From: Anaerolineae bacterium
GTDB taxonomy: Bacteria > Chloroflexota > Anaerolineae > Aggregatilineales > Phototrophicaceae
DNA length: 64,000 nt
Assembly (NCBI GenBank): GCA_016789005.1
Contig: JAEURA010000254.1
Location: 37,837 to 101,836 of the forward strand
Direction: 5' to 3'
Part shown: positions 49,207-58,772 of the stretch, piece by piece
Position numbering within the stretch: the stretch's first letter is position 1
Layout of the letters: each line of letters begins with the position of its first letter
The notes under the pieces: generated by a model
The model's input: only the letters and a program-made list of their open reading frames with translations
What the model was told of the DNA's origin: nothing
Database searches by the model: none
Program-made: the position numbers and the translations under genes

Positions 49207-49749
49207 ATGCGCAAGCCGCTGCTGCTGCTGGGATCCCTCGTAAGCTGGCTCATCGCGCTGCTGGTGATCGTCAGCTCAGGACTGCCAGAGCGGGCGTTTT
49301 ACACCGGAGTCTCTCGGAGCGGCGGTCTGCTCGTAGCGCCGGAAATCGGCTCCCTGGCTCCTCCTTTTCAGGCGGCGACGCTAGACGGCAGCATCGACTC
49401 GGCACGACTGCTGGGGCAACCCGTCCTGCTGAACTTCTGGGCGACCTGGTGCGCGCCGTGCGTCCTCGAAATGGTGGAGCTTCAGCGTATCCACGAGACC
49501 CACCCGTCCGTCGTCGTGGTCGGCGTCAACCTCGGAGAGTCCGCATCGGCGGTCAGCGCCTGGGCGAAGGCGCACCGCCTGACTTTCGACCTGGTGCTCG
49601 ATCCTGCCGGCAGCGTCGCCCGTCTTTACGCCCTGCGGGGTCAGCCGTCAACCTATGTGATCGCGCCTGATGGTACAATTCGACAGATATTCTTCGGCGC
49701 GGCGGATGCGGCGGCGTTCACAGGAGCGCTGCTTCCGCTGATCCGCTGA
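49207..49749 (+). CDS. TlpA/ResA-like membrane-anchored thioredoxin
   Basis: N-terminal TM helix, NFWATWCAPCVLEM, PSTYVI. Confidence 0.9.
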   Translation: MRKPLLLLGSLVSWLIALLVIVSSGLPERAFYTGVSRSGGLLVAPEIGSLAPPFQAATLDGSIDSARLLGQPVLLNFWATWCAPCVLEMVELQRIHETHPSVVVVGVNLGESASAVSAWAKAHRLTFDLVLDPAGSVARLYALRGQPSTYVIAPDGTIRQIFFGAADAAAFTGALLPLIR

Positions 49750-49798
49750 AGAGGCTGACGGACATGCCGGACGACGCGACAAAGGATACGCCGCTCGT

Positions 49799-50599
49799 AT
49801 GACGACGCCAACATCTGAACGCCGCAGCGCCGCGCTGCGCCTGAACCTCTGGCTGCTCTGGCTGTCGCGGCATTGGCTGCGCGTCGCCCTGATCGTCCTC
49901 GGCATCTACGCCGCCCTGCCCTGGGTTGCGCCGACTTTGATGCACTTCGGGCTGGCAGGTCCGGCGCGGGTGCTGTACTTCGTCTACGGTCCCTTCTGCC
50001 ATCAGTTTGCCTTCCGGTCCGTCTTCCTGTTTGGCGATCAAGCCGCCTATCCCCGTGAGATTGCCGGGACCGATCTGACGCCCTACGAGGTGTATGTCGC
50101 AGACTCGCCGGAGTTCGACGACGCGCTAAAGAACTGGATCGCGCGTCCGCAGAGCCGATACGACAGCATCGGGGCGTTCGATCCCAGGGAGTGGACGTTC
50201 GATCTTCAGTTTGCCTCCAAGGATTTCTTCGGCAGCCCGCAAATGGGTTACAAGACCACGCTCTGCCAGCGCGACCTGGCGCTGTACGCCGCGATGTTCG
50301 CCGGCGGGTTGATCTACAGCCGTCCGTTCATCCGGCGTCGCCTGCGTCCGATTCCTCTGCTGCTCTACATCTTCGCCGGCGGGCTGCCCATCGCCATCGA
50401 TGGCTTCAGTCAGCTCCTAGGCTATCCCCCGATTTCGCTGTGGGAACCGCGCGAGACTACACCGGCATTCCGCATCATCACCGGAGCAGTTTTCGGGTTG
50501 ATGACCGCCTGGCTGGCTTTCCCCTATCTGGAAGAGTCCTTCAGGGAGACGCGCCGGGAATTGGAGGCGAAACTGCGGCGGGCTGGCATCGACGTGTAG
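49799..50599 (+). CDS. DUF2085 family membrane protein
   Basis: FCHQ and LCQRD motifs, PIAIDGFSQL, RIITGA.FG. Confidence 0.8.
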   Translation: MTTPTSERRSAALRLNLWLLWLSRHWLRVALIVLGIYAALPWVAPTLMHFGLAGPARVLYFVYGPFCHQFAFRSVFLFGDQAAYPREIAGTDLTPYEVYVADSPEFDDALKNWIARPQSRYDSIGAFDPREWTFDLQFASKDFFGSPQMGYKTTLCQRDLALYAAMFAGGLIYSRPFIRRRLRPIPLLLYIFAGGLPIAIDGFSQLLGYPPISLWEPRETTPAFRIITGAVFGLMTAWLAFPYLEESFRETRRELEAKLRRAGIDV

Positions 50600-50613
50600 T
50601 CCTGCCGCTGTGC

Positions 50614-53106
50614 TCAACGCCATCCCCGCCAGGCGGTCGTCATCTGAGCGATTCGTGCAGCAGCGGCATCGCGCTGTGTCTCTACAATCCGCGACGCCGT
50701 CAGCAGCAGCACGCCGCCAGCCAGAGGGATCAGCCAGGGGTTGAGGCGCGCCGTCAGGAACAGAATACCGAAGAGCAGCACGATGGTGCCCGACAGGAAA
50801 GTGCGCCGGCGGTGGAAGATCGTCCCATGCAGCGCCAAACCAACCGCAGCCGCTCCGCCAGTGAGCCAGATCAACGCGCGGTCGGCAGATGGTGCGTCCG
50901 CCGGGGTCACAGCGGATTGAGCAGCGGTCACGTACGCCAGTAGCCCAATCGCCAGTGTCTCAAGTGAAGCCCTTCCCGCCTGATCGAAATGGGCGATCAG
51001 CAAGAGCGTCAGCGCAACCGGGATGTTTTGCAGCGCCACGCCATCCAGCTTCACCCCATAGAGCGTCAGCCACCAGGCACACCAGATGACGACAACTGCG
51101 CCCAACCGCCAGAGCGGTTCGCGGAGGAAAACGATCAGGACCAGACTCGCCAGAAAAAGTACTTTGGCGATCTGATTCACATAGGCAAATCCACCGCTGG
51201 GACCGAAGAGGTGCACAGCTGCGACAGCGATCAGCGTCCCAGCGATGACAACGGGCCGGGGTGACCCTTTCTGCTGACGCGCCAGCGCCAGGGCGACGAT
51301 ACCGATGGAGAGCAGTCCGAGCAGTGTGGCGGGCGGCAGGCTGAGCAGTCGGCTAGCTTGCAGCACCACAAACGCGGTCTGCATCAGAGCGACCGGCAGC
51401 CAGTAGCCGCGTCCGGTGCGGAAAAGCTGTTCGGCGCTGATCCCCAGCCCGAATATGGCGGCGATCACCGCTTCGCTCGGCGCGAAGAATACTTGCAGCA
51501 GCCCAATCCCCCAGAGTAACCAGCCCGCCGAGTGTACCGTCCACCCGGCGACATCCGGGATGCGATCCAGCAACCACCCTACCATGAACCAGGCGCTCGA
51601 GATCAGGACAAGACCCAGCCCCTGACGCTGGGCGGGCAGTCCCAGCGCGCCGAGGATGATCTGAAACCAGATGGCGGCGAGCCACGCCCCAAGGAGCAGG
51701 AAGGCGCTGCGAATCACGCGGTGCGCATAAGGTCGCCGTGCCGGCGGCGCAATCCAGGCGGCGAAGCCGTCCCAGAGCGGATGTTTCCCAAGCAGGACGA
51801 GCGCCGCGCTGATCAGGCTTGCCAGCACGGCGATCCCTAGATGGAGCGGCATCGTCCGCTCATCGGCGAGCGCCAGCCCGGCACCGATCAGCGCGTATCC
51901 CACGACGAAAAACGGAGCGCGCACCCCCGTGCGGAGTCGCGTCATAGCGTGACCGATGACCAGCAGCAAGACGCCGACCGCCTGCCAGACAAGACCAAGT
52001 ATCGGCAGAGATGTGAAAATGAGGTTACTGCTAATCAGCCCCATGCTCAGCGGGAATGGTGCGACGTAGAGCGCCAGGTGGGCGAAGATCGGCAGACGAT
52101 AGACGATGCCCTGCGCCAGCCACAGCGCCGTCAGCGCCAGCAGTGTCAGCGTCAGGGCGGCGTGATCCATCGTCGCCAGATTGGCAGCGGTGGCGAGCAG
52201 GCTGACGATGCTCAGACCGACGGAAACATCGGCTGTCGTCCAGCGAAACATTGCCCCCAGCATGCCCTGGACTTTTTTGCCCTTCCCTCCGCCGGAGCGG
52301 GTTACCTGACCTATCAGCACCGCCAGCGCCGCCGGCAGGATGATCCAAAGGGCAAACGTTTCTGGGCTGCCGACCCAGGTGCGGTGCGCAAATGTCCACA
52401 CACCGGCGAAGCCCCAGGCGGAGAGATGCGCCAGTACTCTCAAGCGGGTCACAACCCCCAGAATAGCGATCAGCGCTGATGCGGCAAGCCAGGTCAGGAT
52501 CGCCGCCGCCGGGAAATCCGTCGCCAGAAGCAGCATTTGTGCCGAAACCGCCATCAGAAGCAGAAAAGCGCCTGTACGATAGACCCGACGCCAGAATGGC
52601 GTGGCATGGGGAAACAGCAGCCACACGGCAGCGGCGCATGGGATGCCAAGCGCCGTCAGGTAAGGCTGTGCCAGCGCCGGAAATGTGCTGATGGCGGCGG
52701 CAGCGAAGTTCAACTGAAGGAGCAGGATCATCGGCGCGATCAGGAGATTTCGCGTGCGCCCTCCAACGATTGTCACCGCTACAGCAGCGATCAGCGAGGC
52801 GAACAACCAGAAGGCGTTCGACCAGCCGTCAGAAAGCGCCGAGCGGAGGTCGAGAAGCTGAACCAGCGCCACGCCCACCAGCCAGGCGGCAGCCGTCGAA
52901 AGCGCGCCGGTCACCAGGGGCGCATTGCCTGCCCGGCGCGAAAGCACGCTTAACCCCAACAGCGTCGCGGGCATACTGATGGCGGCGGTGACGCGAACCA
53001 GAAAGGAATCCGTCTGCAGATCCTTCCCCAGAAACAGCAGAGAGATCACCAGCAGGGCGCTGCCGGCGTAGGTCGTCAGCGCCAGAGTCCACCGTGAGCG
53101 TTCCAT
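50614..53106 (-). CDS. Large polytopic membrane protein (about 830 aa), SCO7613 C-terminal-like
   Basis: Almost continuously hydrophobic; C-terminus WLIPLAGGVLLL...E.QR...W; GGAGG RBS before ATG 53106. Confidence 0.7.
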   Translation of the reverse strand: MERSRWTLALTTYAGSALLVISLLFLGKDLQTDSFLVRVTAAISMPATLLGLSVLSRRAGNAPLVTGALSTAAAWLVGVALVQLLDLRSALSDGWSNAFWLFASLIAAVAVTIVGGRTRNLLIAPMILLLQLNFAAAAISTFPALAQPYLTALGIPCAAAVWLLFPHATPFWRRVYRTGAFLLLMAVSAQMLLLATDFPAAAILTWLAASALIAILGVVTRLRVLAHLSAWGFAGVWTFAHRTWVGSPETFALWIILPAALAVLIGQVTRSGGGKGKKVQGMLGAMFRWTTADVSVGLSIVSLLATAANLATMDHAALTLTLLALTALWLAQGIVYRLPIFAHLALYVAPFPLSMGLISSNLIFTSLPILGLVWQAVGVLLLVIGHAMTRLRTGVRAPFFVVGYALIGAGLALADERTMPLHLGIAVLASLISAALVLLGKHPLWDGFAAWIAPPARRPYAHRVIRSAFLLLGAWLAAIWFQIILGALGLPAQRQGLGLVLISSAWFMVGWLLDRIPDVAGWTVHSAGWLLWGIGLLQVFFAPSEAVIAAIFGLGISAEQLFRTGRGYWLPVALMQTAFVVLQASRLLSLPPATLLGLLSIGIVALALARQQKGSPRPVVIAGTLIAVAAVHLFGPSGGFAYVNQIAKVLFLASLVLIVFLREPLWRLGAVVVIWCAWWLTLYGVKLDGVALQNIPVALTLLLIAHFDQAGRASLETLAIGLLAYVTAAQSAVTPADAPSADRALIWLTGGAAAVGLALHGTIFHRRRTFLSGTIVLLFGILFLTARLNPWLIPLAGGVLLLTASRIVETQRDAAAARIAQMTTAWRGWR

Positions 53107-53216
53107 GAAAGCGCCTCCTATACGCGCATCCTCTGCCTTCAGCATAGAAGGAACGCCGGACGGATGGAGTAGGCGCTGCGTACGTCGCCTCCATGACAAA
53201 TGTCCAGAGGTGAGAC

Positions 53217-54467
53217 TCAGGATGTGCGGTTCACCGGAAGGTCGAGCGTGAAGGTTGAGCCAATACCAGGCTGACTGCTCAGATGGATGTCACCGCCGTG
53301 CAGACGAGCGATCTCCAGGGCGATCGCCAGTCCCAATCCTGCGCCGGGGGAATCGGTCGACAACCGAACGAATGGCAGGAACACCAGATGCGCCTGGGAT
53401 TCGGCGATGCCTGTGCCGGTGTCCTGCACTTCGATGCGCGCGTGATCTTCGCGCAGCACGGTGCGAATCGTGATCTGCCCCTGCCGCGTATACTTGGCAG
53501 CATTGGTCGCCAGGTTGCTGATCGCCTGTCGCAGTCGCAGCGGATCGCCGTCGATCTCGATCAGGGCGGGATCGAACTCCGTCTCCAGCCGTACTCCGGC
53601 GTGGAGCATCTGCCGCGCCTCATCCGCCGCCTGTGCGCACAGGGCGTTGATCGAACAACGCGCATAGTTCAACGACAGGCTTCCTGAACTCAGGCGCGCG
53701 CTGTCCAGCAGATCGCCCACCAGCCGGTCGAGATGCTCTCCCTCGCCGATGATCTGTTCCAGATAGGCGCGCTGAGGTTCTGCCGATGCGCTGCGGCGCA
53801 GCAGTTTGGCAAAACCCAGCACCGAATTCAGCGGCGTCCGCAGTTCGTGGCTGACGCGCGCCAGGAAGCGATGGCTCTGCTGACGCACTTCTTCTGCGAC
53901 GTGCGCTGTGCTGATGTCGATGGACAGATGACTGAGAAAGCGGAGCGTCTGGAAGGTGTAGGCGGCGAGCAGGATGTCGTAACTCACCAGGATGGAGCGG
54001 CTGGGTTCCAGCCGGGGCGCGCCGGGCAGCACCTCGAACACGAGGTTGACCCAGAAGGCAGCGATGCACAGGACCTGCACAAAACCGCGCTGCCGTCCCG
54101 AATACAGCATGCCGCTGATCGTGTAGGGGATGAGCGTGGTCAGCGCCGTCACCGGTCCCAGCCCCAAGATGACCATCCCCTGCAAGCCAAAAACGGCGAC
54201 GAGAGAGATCATCCAGAACAGTGATGCGCCGCCAAACCACCCCACCCCATAGATGAACGCCACAGCGCCTGCCAGAATGCCATATGCCCAGGGATGCGGC
54301 ACGTCCTGAAAGACCGCCGCCGCCCACAGGACGACCTCGCCCAGCACGAGCTGCCAGCCGCGCGTGCGCCAGTAGCGGTCGATCTGCGCCTGCGCCGTCG
54401 CCTGGACCGGTGGTGGGAGGAGGTTATCTTTGTCCGGAAGCAGCCCGCTGAAGAGTTCGCGCCACAT
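53217..54467 (-). CDS. Membrane sensor histidine kinase (HisKA-HATPase)
   Basis: SHELRTPL, NLATNAAKY, DTGTGI, F.PF, GAGLGL, GSTF; N-terminal TM bundle. Confidence 0.95.
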   Translation of the reverse strand: MWRELFSGLLPDKDNLLPPPVQATAQAQIDRYWRTRGWQLVLGEVVLWAAAVFQDVPHPWAYGILAGAVAFIYGVGWFGGASLFWMISLVAVFGLQGMVILGLGPVTALTTLIPYTISGMLYSGRQRGFVQVLCIAAFWVNLVFEVLPGAPRLEPSRSILVSYDILLAAYTFQTLRFLSHLSIDISTAHVAEEVRQQSHRFLARVSHELRTPLNSVLGFAKLLRRSASAEPQRAYLEQIIGEGEHLDRLVGDLLDSARLSSGSLSLNYARCSINALCAQAADEARQMLHAGVRLETEFDPALIEIDGDPLRLRQAISNLATNAAKYTRQGQITIRTVLREDHARIEVQDTGTGIAESQAHLVFLPFVRLSTDSPGAGLGLAIALEIARLHGGDIHLSSQPGIGSTFTLDLPVNRTS

Positions 54468-54783
54468 CGTCGGGGTCCAGGGGCTTTCTCAGATAGATGA
54501 ATTCGAAACCCGTCTGTCGCAGCGCGCAGGTTTGGTCGAAAGCGGAGGTGATGATCGTCGGAGCCTCGTGCAGGGCGCGAAGATCCTTCGCCAGACTGTA
54601 GCCGTCGCCATCCGGCAGGTCGAGGTCTATGATGTAGACATCCGGTGGATCGCTCGCTGCGCGCTGGCGCGCTTCGGCGCATGATGCGGCAGTCACCAGC
54701 CGGTGCGGAGTCAGATCGCGAATGATCGCCTCCATCAGGAAGCGCGCCGGGGGATGATCCTCGACGTAGAGGATCAGGCTCAT
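54424..54783 (-). CDS. Single-domain response regulator (REC only)
   Basis: YVEDH, IIDLDLPDGDG, ITSAF, RKP; 119 aa. Confidence 0.92.
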   Translation of the reverse strand: MSLILYVEDHPPARFLMEAIIRDLTPHRLVTAASCAEARQRAASDPPDVYIIDLDLPDGDGYSLAKDLRALHEAPTIITSAFDQTCALRQTGFEFIYLRKPLDPDDVARTLQRAASGQR

Positions 54784-55592
54784 CGTGTGACCTCATCGAT
54801 CAGGCGGTCCACACGCTCCGCCTCGGCGATAATCTGCTCGATCAGCTCCTCGGCGTCCGCCTGTTCCAGCCTGCCCTGCCGTTCCAGCCGTCCCGCCAGC
54901 AGACGCGCCAGCCCCATGAGCGTATGCAGCGGCGTGCGCAGTTCGTGGCGCACATGGGCATCAGCGCGCGGAAGTTCGCGCAGCGCTTCGGCGGCGCGCA
55001 GTGCACCTTCGCGATGATCAACATTGAGCTTGGCGTAGATGTTCGACCAGTGATTGCGCACCGTGCCGTGAGAAATGCCCAGCGCTGCTGCCGTCGCCTG
55101 GTTATCGTGACCGCTCGCCGCCAGCCGCAGAATAGCGCGTTCGCGATCGGTCAGGCGGCGCTGGCGGCGCGCCTGCGTCATGCCCAGGATCGCCGTCTGC
55201 GACAGGAATGGGCGTCCCTGGGCGACGGCACGCACGGCATCGACCATATGCAGCGAGAAGTCGTCGCTTTTCACAACGTAGCCGTGCGCTCCGGCGTCGA
55301 GCAGATCGTCGATCCAGACCGGATCGTCATAGGCGGTGAAGATCAGGATCTTCATCTGAGGTGAGCGGGCGAGCGTCTCGCGGACGAAGCTTGCCGGGTC
55401 GAACGCTGCGCCGGCAAACGCCAGATCGAGGACCAGCACATCCGGCGGAAACTGCTGAACCAGCCGGGGCAGCGTCGCAGGCTCCCCGGTTTCCCATAGG
55501 ATAGTCACATCCAGCGCCCGCGTCAGTTCCTGCCGCAGCACCTTCAGGATGAGGGGGTGATCATCTGCCAAACCGATTTGGATCGCCGCCAT
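54780..55592 (-). CDS. NarL/LuxR response regulator with C-terminal HisKA (DHp) domain
   Basis: ADDH, VLDL, FTAY and VVKS receiver motifs; LTDRERAIL...TVRNHWSNIYAKL HTH; then HELRTPL...EAERVDRLIDE. Confidence 0.9.
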   Translation of the reverse strand: MAAIQIGLADDHPLILKVLRQELTRALDVTILWETGEPATLPRLVQQFPPDVLVLDLAFAGAAFDPASFVRETLARSPQMKILIFTAYDDPVWIDDLLDAGAHGYVVKSDDFSLHMVDAVRAVAQGRPFLSQTAILGMTQARRQRRLTDRERAILRLAASGHDNQATAAALGISHGTVRNHWSNIYAKLNVDHREGALRAAEALRELPRADAHVRHELRTPLHTLMGLARLLAGRLERQGRLEQADAEELIEQIIAEAERVDRLIDEVTR

Positions 55593-55644
55593 GCCCGCAT
55601 CATTTCGTATCATCTGTCCGCGATTGTACCCCGTAAAAACAACA

Positions 55645-55676
55645 GAGGGGGGAGTCGTTCTGGCGACTCCCCCCTC
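55645..55676 (-). terminator. Rho-independent terminator of the tad cassette
   Basis: Perfect 13-bp stem GAGGGGGGAGTCG/CGACTCCCCCCTC followed on the - strand by TGTTGTTTTT. Confidence 0.85.
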
Positions 55677-55733
55677 CGCTTGATGGTGACTCAACCTCAC
55701 CCCTGGAGCACAGGAGTGAGGCTGTTCCTCTGG

Positions 55734-58718
55734 CTAGCCGCCCGCGCCGCTGTCCGTCGGAAGCGGCGGCAGCGTGTTCGTCGGCGTCCGTGTCGGCGAT
55801 GGCGTCGGCGTGTTGGTCCGCGACGGTGTCGGCGACGGCGTATTCGACGGCGTATGCGTGGTCGTCGGCGTGTTCGACGGCGTGAAGGTCTGCGTCGGCG
55901 TTCGCGACGGCGTCCGCGACGGCGTGTTCGTCGGCGTGTTGGTGATCGTCGGCGTCCGCGACGCCGTGTTCGACGGGGTGAACGTCGGCGTATTGGTGAT
56001 CGTCGGCGTCCGCGATGGCGTATTCGTCGGCGTCCGCGATGGCGTATTGGTGATCGTCGGCGTGTTGGTCCGCGTCGGCGTATTCGACGGCGTATTGGTG
56101 ATCGTCGGCGTCCGCGATGGCGTGTTCGACGGTGTATTCGTCGGCGTATTGGTGATCGTCGGCGTGTTGGTCCGTGACGGCGTCGCCGTGATCGTCGGCG
56201 TGTTGGTCCGTGTCGGCGTCCGCGACGGCGTCCGGGTGATCGTTGGCGTGCGCGACGGCGTGATCGTCGGCGTGTTCGACGGCGTCCTCGTGATTGTTGG
56301 CGTCCGCGATGGCGTGCGCGACGGCGTCAAGGTGGTCGTCGGCGTCTGCGACGGCGTGTACGTCTGGGTCGGCGTGCGCGATGGCGTGCGCGACGGCGTC
56401 AGCGTGGTCGTCGGCGTGTTGGTCGTCGTGCTGGTCGCCGTATTCGTCGGCGTCGGCTGGACGGTCGAAACGTCGGTCACAATCGGAGTCGGGCAGGACG
56501 GCGCGTCAATGTAGAAGACACTGCCGTCGAAATCCTGCGGAAGCGATCCGAAATCGACCGCCACCGTATTGCCCGCGCCGCCACTGAAGATGAAGAAGAG
56601 CGATTCCGTCGCGCCCGGCGGGATGGTGATCACGCTGAGCCACGTCCCCTCAATCGGCGACACGCCCGATGTGGCGCTGCCGCTGGTTGTATCGGCGGCG
56701 GTATCCGGTCCCGCCCACATCTGCACGCTGCTGGAGTCGCCCGGTGCAGCGCCAAGCCCCCAGACCTGCGCCAGCGTCATCGCCGGAGCGCGTGTATCAG
56801 CAGCGGACCACTCCAGTCCGAAGCCGAGCACGGTCGCCGGGCTGAGCACACGGTTGTTGGTGATGTCGAAGCGAACGATGTCGAGATTCTGGAAGATGAC
56901 CGACGACACGCTGACCAGATCCGGTTCGCAGGCGGGCGTGCTCGTCGCCGTTGGTGTCGGTCCCGGCGTGTTGGTTGGAACCGTCACGTTGAAGACGGTC
57001 GCGCAGTCGGTCGTGCCGTTCAGGTCGTCGTAATAGAACGTCGTGCCATTGAAACCAACCTGCGGCATCACGCTCGGATTCAGCACCAGCGGAGCGTTGG
57101 CAAACTGCACCAGGAAGGCGTTCGCGCCCGGCTGGATGAGCAGGTTCGCACCCACCGCGAAGTCATACTCAGGCGTCCCGGATATCGGCGTCGGCGTCCC
57201 GGAACCAACCGTGACGATGTAGCCGACATCGGTCGGCGATGGGTTATCGGACCCAGTCCAGACGACCGAACCCGGCGTCCCCAGCCGGAACAGCTGAGTC
57301 GACAGGTCAGGGTAGCCCGCAATCGAGGGCCAGACCAGCTGAACGCGGCGAAGCTCGACGGAGTACGGCAGGCTGTTGGTCAGCGTGAAAGTGACCGTTC
57401 GGTTCACATAGTTGATGGTGCTGCCAACCGTCACGTTGCTGCACTGGAACACCGGCGTCTGCGATGGCGTCCGCGATGGCGTCACCGAAGCAGTTGTGGT
57501 CGGCGACGGGGTGTCTGTTGGAGTCGGCGAATGATTCGGCGTATCCGTATAGGTCGCCGTGTCCGTTGGGGTCGCCGTGTTGACGCCCGGAGCCGTCGGT
57601 GTTTCGTAGGAAGCATCAATCGGCTGGGGAGCGCGGAAGGCTTCATTGACAGCGATGCGCCGCGCCTGAAGCGGGACAAACGGCGCCAAGCCCAGCGGGG
57701 TCACCAGCGGATGGTTGAAGGTCACGACCACCGCGATGGTATCTCCCGCGCCACCGGCATCCCAGAAGGACACGCCTTCGTCAATCGAACCGCTGCCCTT
57801 GTAGGCGTTATCAGTCCATCCGTCCGCTTCCAGATCGCCCCCAGCGGTGGGGTATTCGCGCAGGAGGCAGACAGGTGCACGGGGATCGGTATTCGCGCCA
57901 AAACCGCCCTGGTTCAGGATAGGCGGGAAGCGGAAGCGCTGCGCATAATTGTTCGCCGACGGCTCGTTCGCCTGGCGAAGCTTTGGTCGGCTGCTGCAAA
58001 CCATCACGTCGAACCAGCCCGGTTCATCAGAGAAGCGCTGCCGATAGTATTGGGGCGGCGTCAGCGCGTCGCTGTCGTGGTCGCCCGGAAGCGGGCGATA
58101 CCAGGGATAGAACCAGGGGAGGTTCGCGAAGTCGGGATAGCTGGCGTCGAGAGTCCCAGGAACACCCACAGGCGGCAGGGGCAGCTGCTGCGGTCCAAGC
58201 GCCAAGCCGGCTGCGCCGAGACGCGCCTCATCGTAGATGGAAAGGATGCGTGCCAGGTCTTTGCGGCGATTCTGATCTTCGGTGTCGCCGGGGTCGCAGT
58301 CGTCGCCGCCATAATAGGAGGCGTACAGGCTTTCAACGCCCCCCACGAAGACTTCGATGGCGCGCGCTCCGGTATAGGGAGTCATCGTCGTCGCTGTGCC
58401 GCGCTGCGCCAGATCGACCACGATATCGCCCGTATTCTTGGCGCAGGGCACGATAGAATTCAGGTCGCCTGTGTAGACCGGATCGGTCTGATCGTACAGG
58501 CGAAGATCCAGCTGATATTTCACTTCATCGTACTGACCGGTCGCCGCCAGGCGCGCCGCCGCTCGCGCCGAGTTCTGGAGCGTCACCCAGGCTTGAAAGA
58601 TGCGTCCGAACTCGATCACGCCGAACAGCAAGATCAGCAGTATCGGCAGAGTGAGCGCAAACTCCACCAGAGTCTGCCCTCTTCGACGTGTACGTACCTC
58701 AATGACTTGTTCTGCCAT
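55734..58718 (-). CDS. tadE: Giant TadE-family pseudopilin with two repeated extracellular modules and Pro/Thr tail
   Basis: [27 protein letters not shown] prepilin motif; TadE C-terminal strands [12 protein letters not shown]; PT-rich segments. Confidence 0.85.
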   Translation of the reverse strand: MAEQVIEVRTRRRGQTLVEFALTLPILLILLFGVIEFGRIFQAWVTLQNSARAAARLAATGQYDEVKYQLDLRLYDQTDPVYTGDLNSIVPCAKNTGDIVVDLAQRGTATTMTPYTGARAIEVFVGGVESLYASYYGGDDCDPGDTEDQNRRKDLARILSIYDEARLGAAGLALGPQQLPLPPVGVPGTLDASYPDFANLPWFYPWYRPLPGDHDSDALTPPQYYRQRFSDEPGWFDVMVCSSRPKLRQANEPSANNYAQRFRFPPILNQGGFGANTDPRAPVCLLREYPTAGGDLEADGWTDNAYKGSGSIDEGVSFWDAGGAGDTIAVVVTFNHPLVTPLGLAPFVPLQARRIAVNEAFRAPQPIDASYETPTAPGVNTATPTDTATYTDTPNHSPTPTDTPSPTTTASVTPSRTPSQTPVFQCSNVTVGSTINYVNRTVTFTLTNSLPYSVELRRVQLVWPSIAGYPDLSTQLFRLGTPGSVVWTGSDNPSPTDVGYIVTVGSGTPTPISGTPEYDFAVGANLLIQPGANAFLVQFANAPLVLNPSVMPQVGFNGTTFYYDDLNGTTDCATVFNVTVPTNTPGPTPTATSTPACEPDLVSVSSVIFQNLDIVRFDITNNRVLSPATVLGFGLEWSAADTRAPAMTLAQVWGLGAAPGDSSSVQMWAGPDTAADTTSGSATSGVSPIEGTWLSVITIPPGATESLFFIFSGGAGNTVAVDFGSLPQDFDGSVFYIDAPSCPTPIVTDVSTVQPTPTNTATSTTTNTPTTTLTPSRTPSRTPTQTYTPSQTPTTTLTPSRTPSRTPTITRTPSNTPTITPSRTPTITRTPSRTPTRTNTPTITATPSRTNTPTITNTPTNTPSNTPSRTPTITNTPSNTPTRTNTPTITNTPSRTPTNTPSRTPTITNTPTFTPSNTASRTPTITNTPTNTPSRTPSRTPTQTFTPSNTPTTTHTPSNTPSPTPSRTNTPTPSPTRTPTNTLPPLPTDSGAGG
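55737..56492 (-). repeat. Low-complexity Pro/Thr repeat region ([10 protein letters not shown])
   Basis: About 250 aa dominated by TP, TPT, NTP and SRTP units. Confidence 0.9.
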
Positions 58719-58772
58719 AGCTCCCCCGGCGCTAGACTAGACCCACTGACGCAGCCATAATGCAGCGCGGCG

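Noticed and set aside
55774-56587. Val/Gly-rich repetitive plus-strand ORFs
   Set aside because: Reverse-complement reading of the Pro/Thr tail of the giant TadE.
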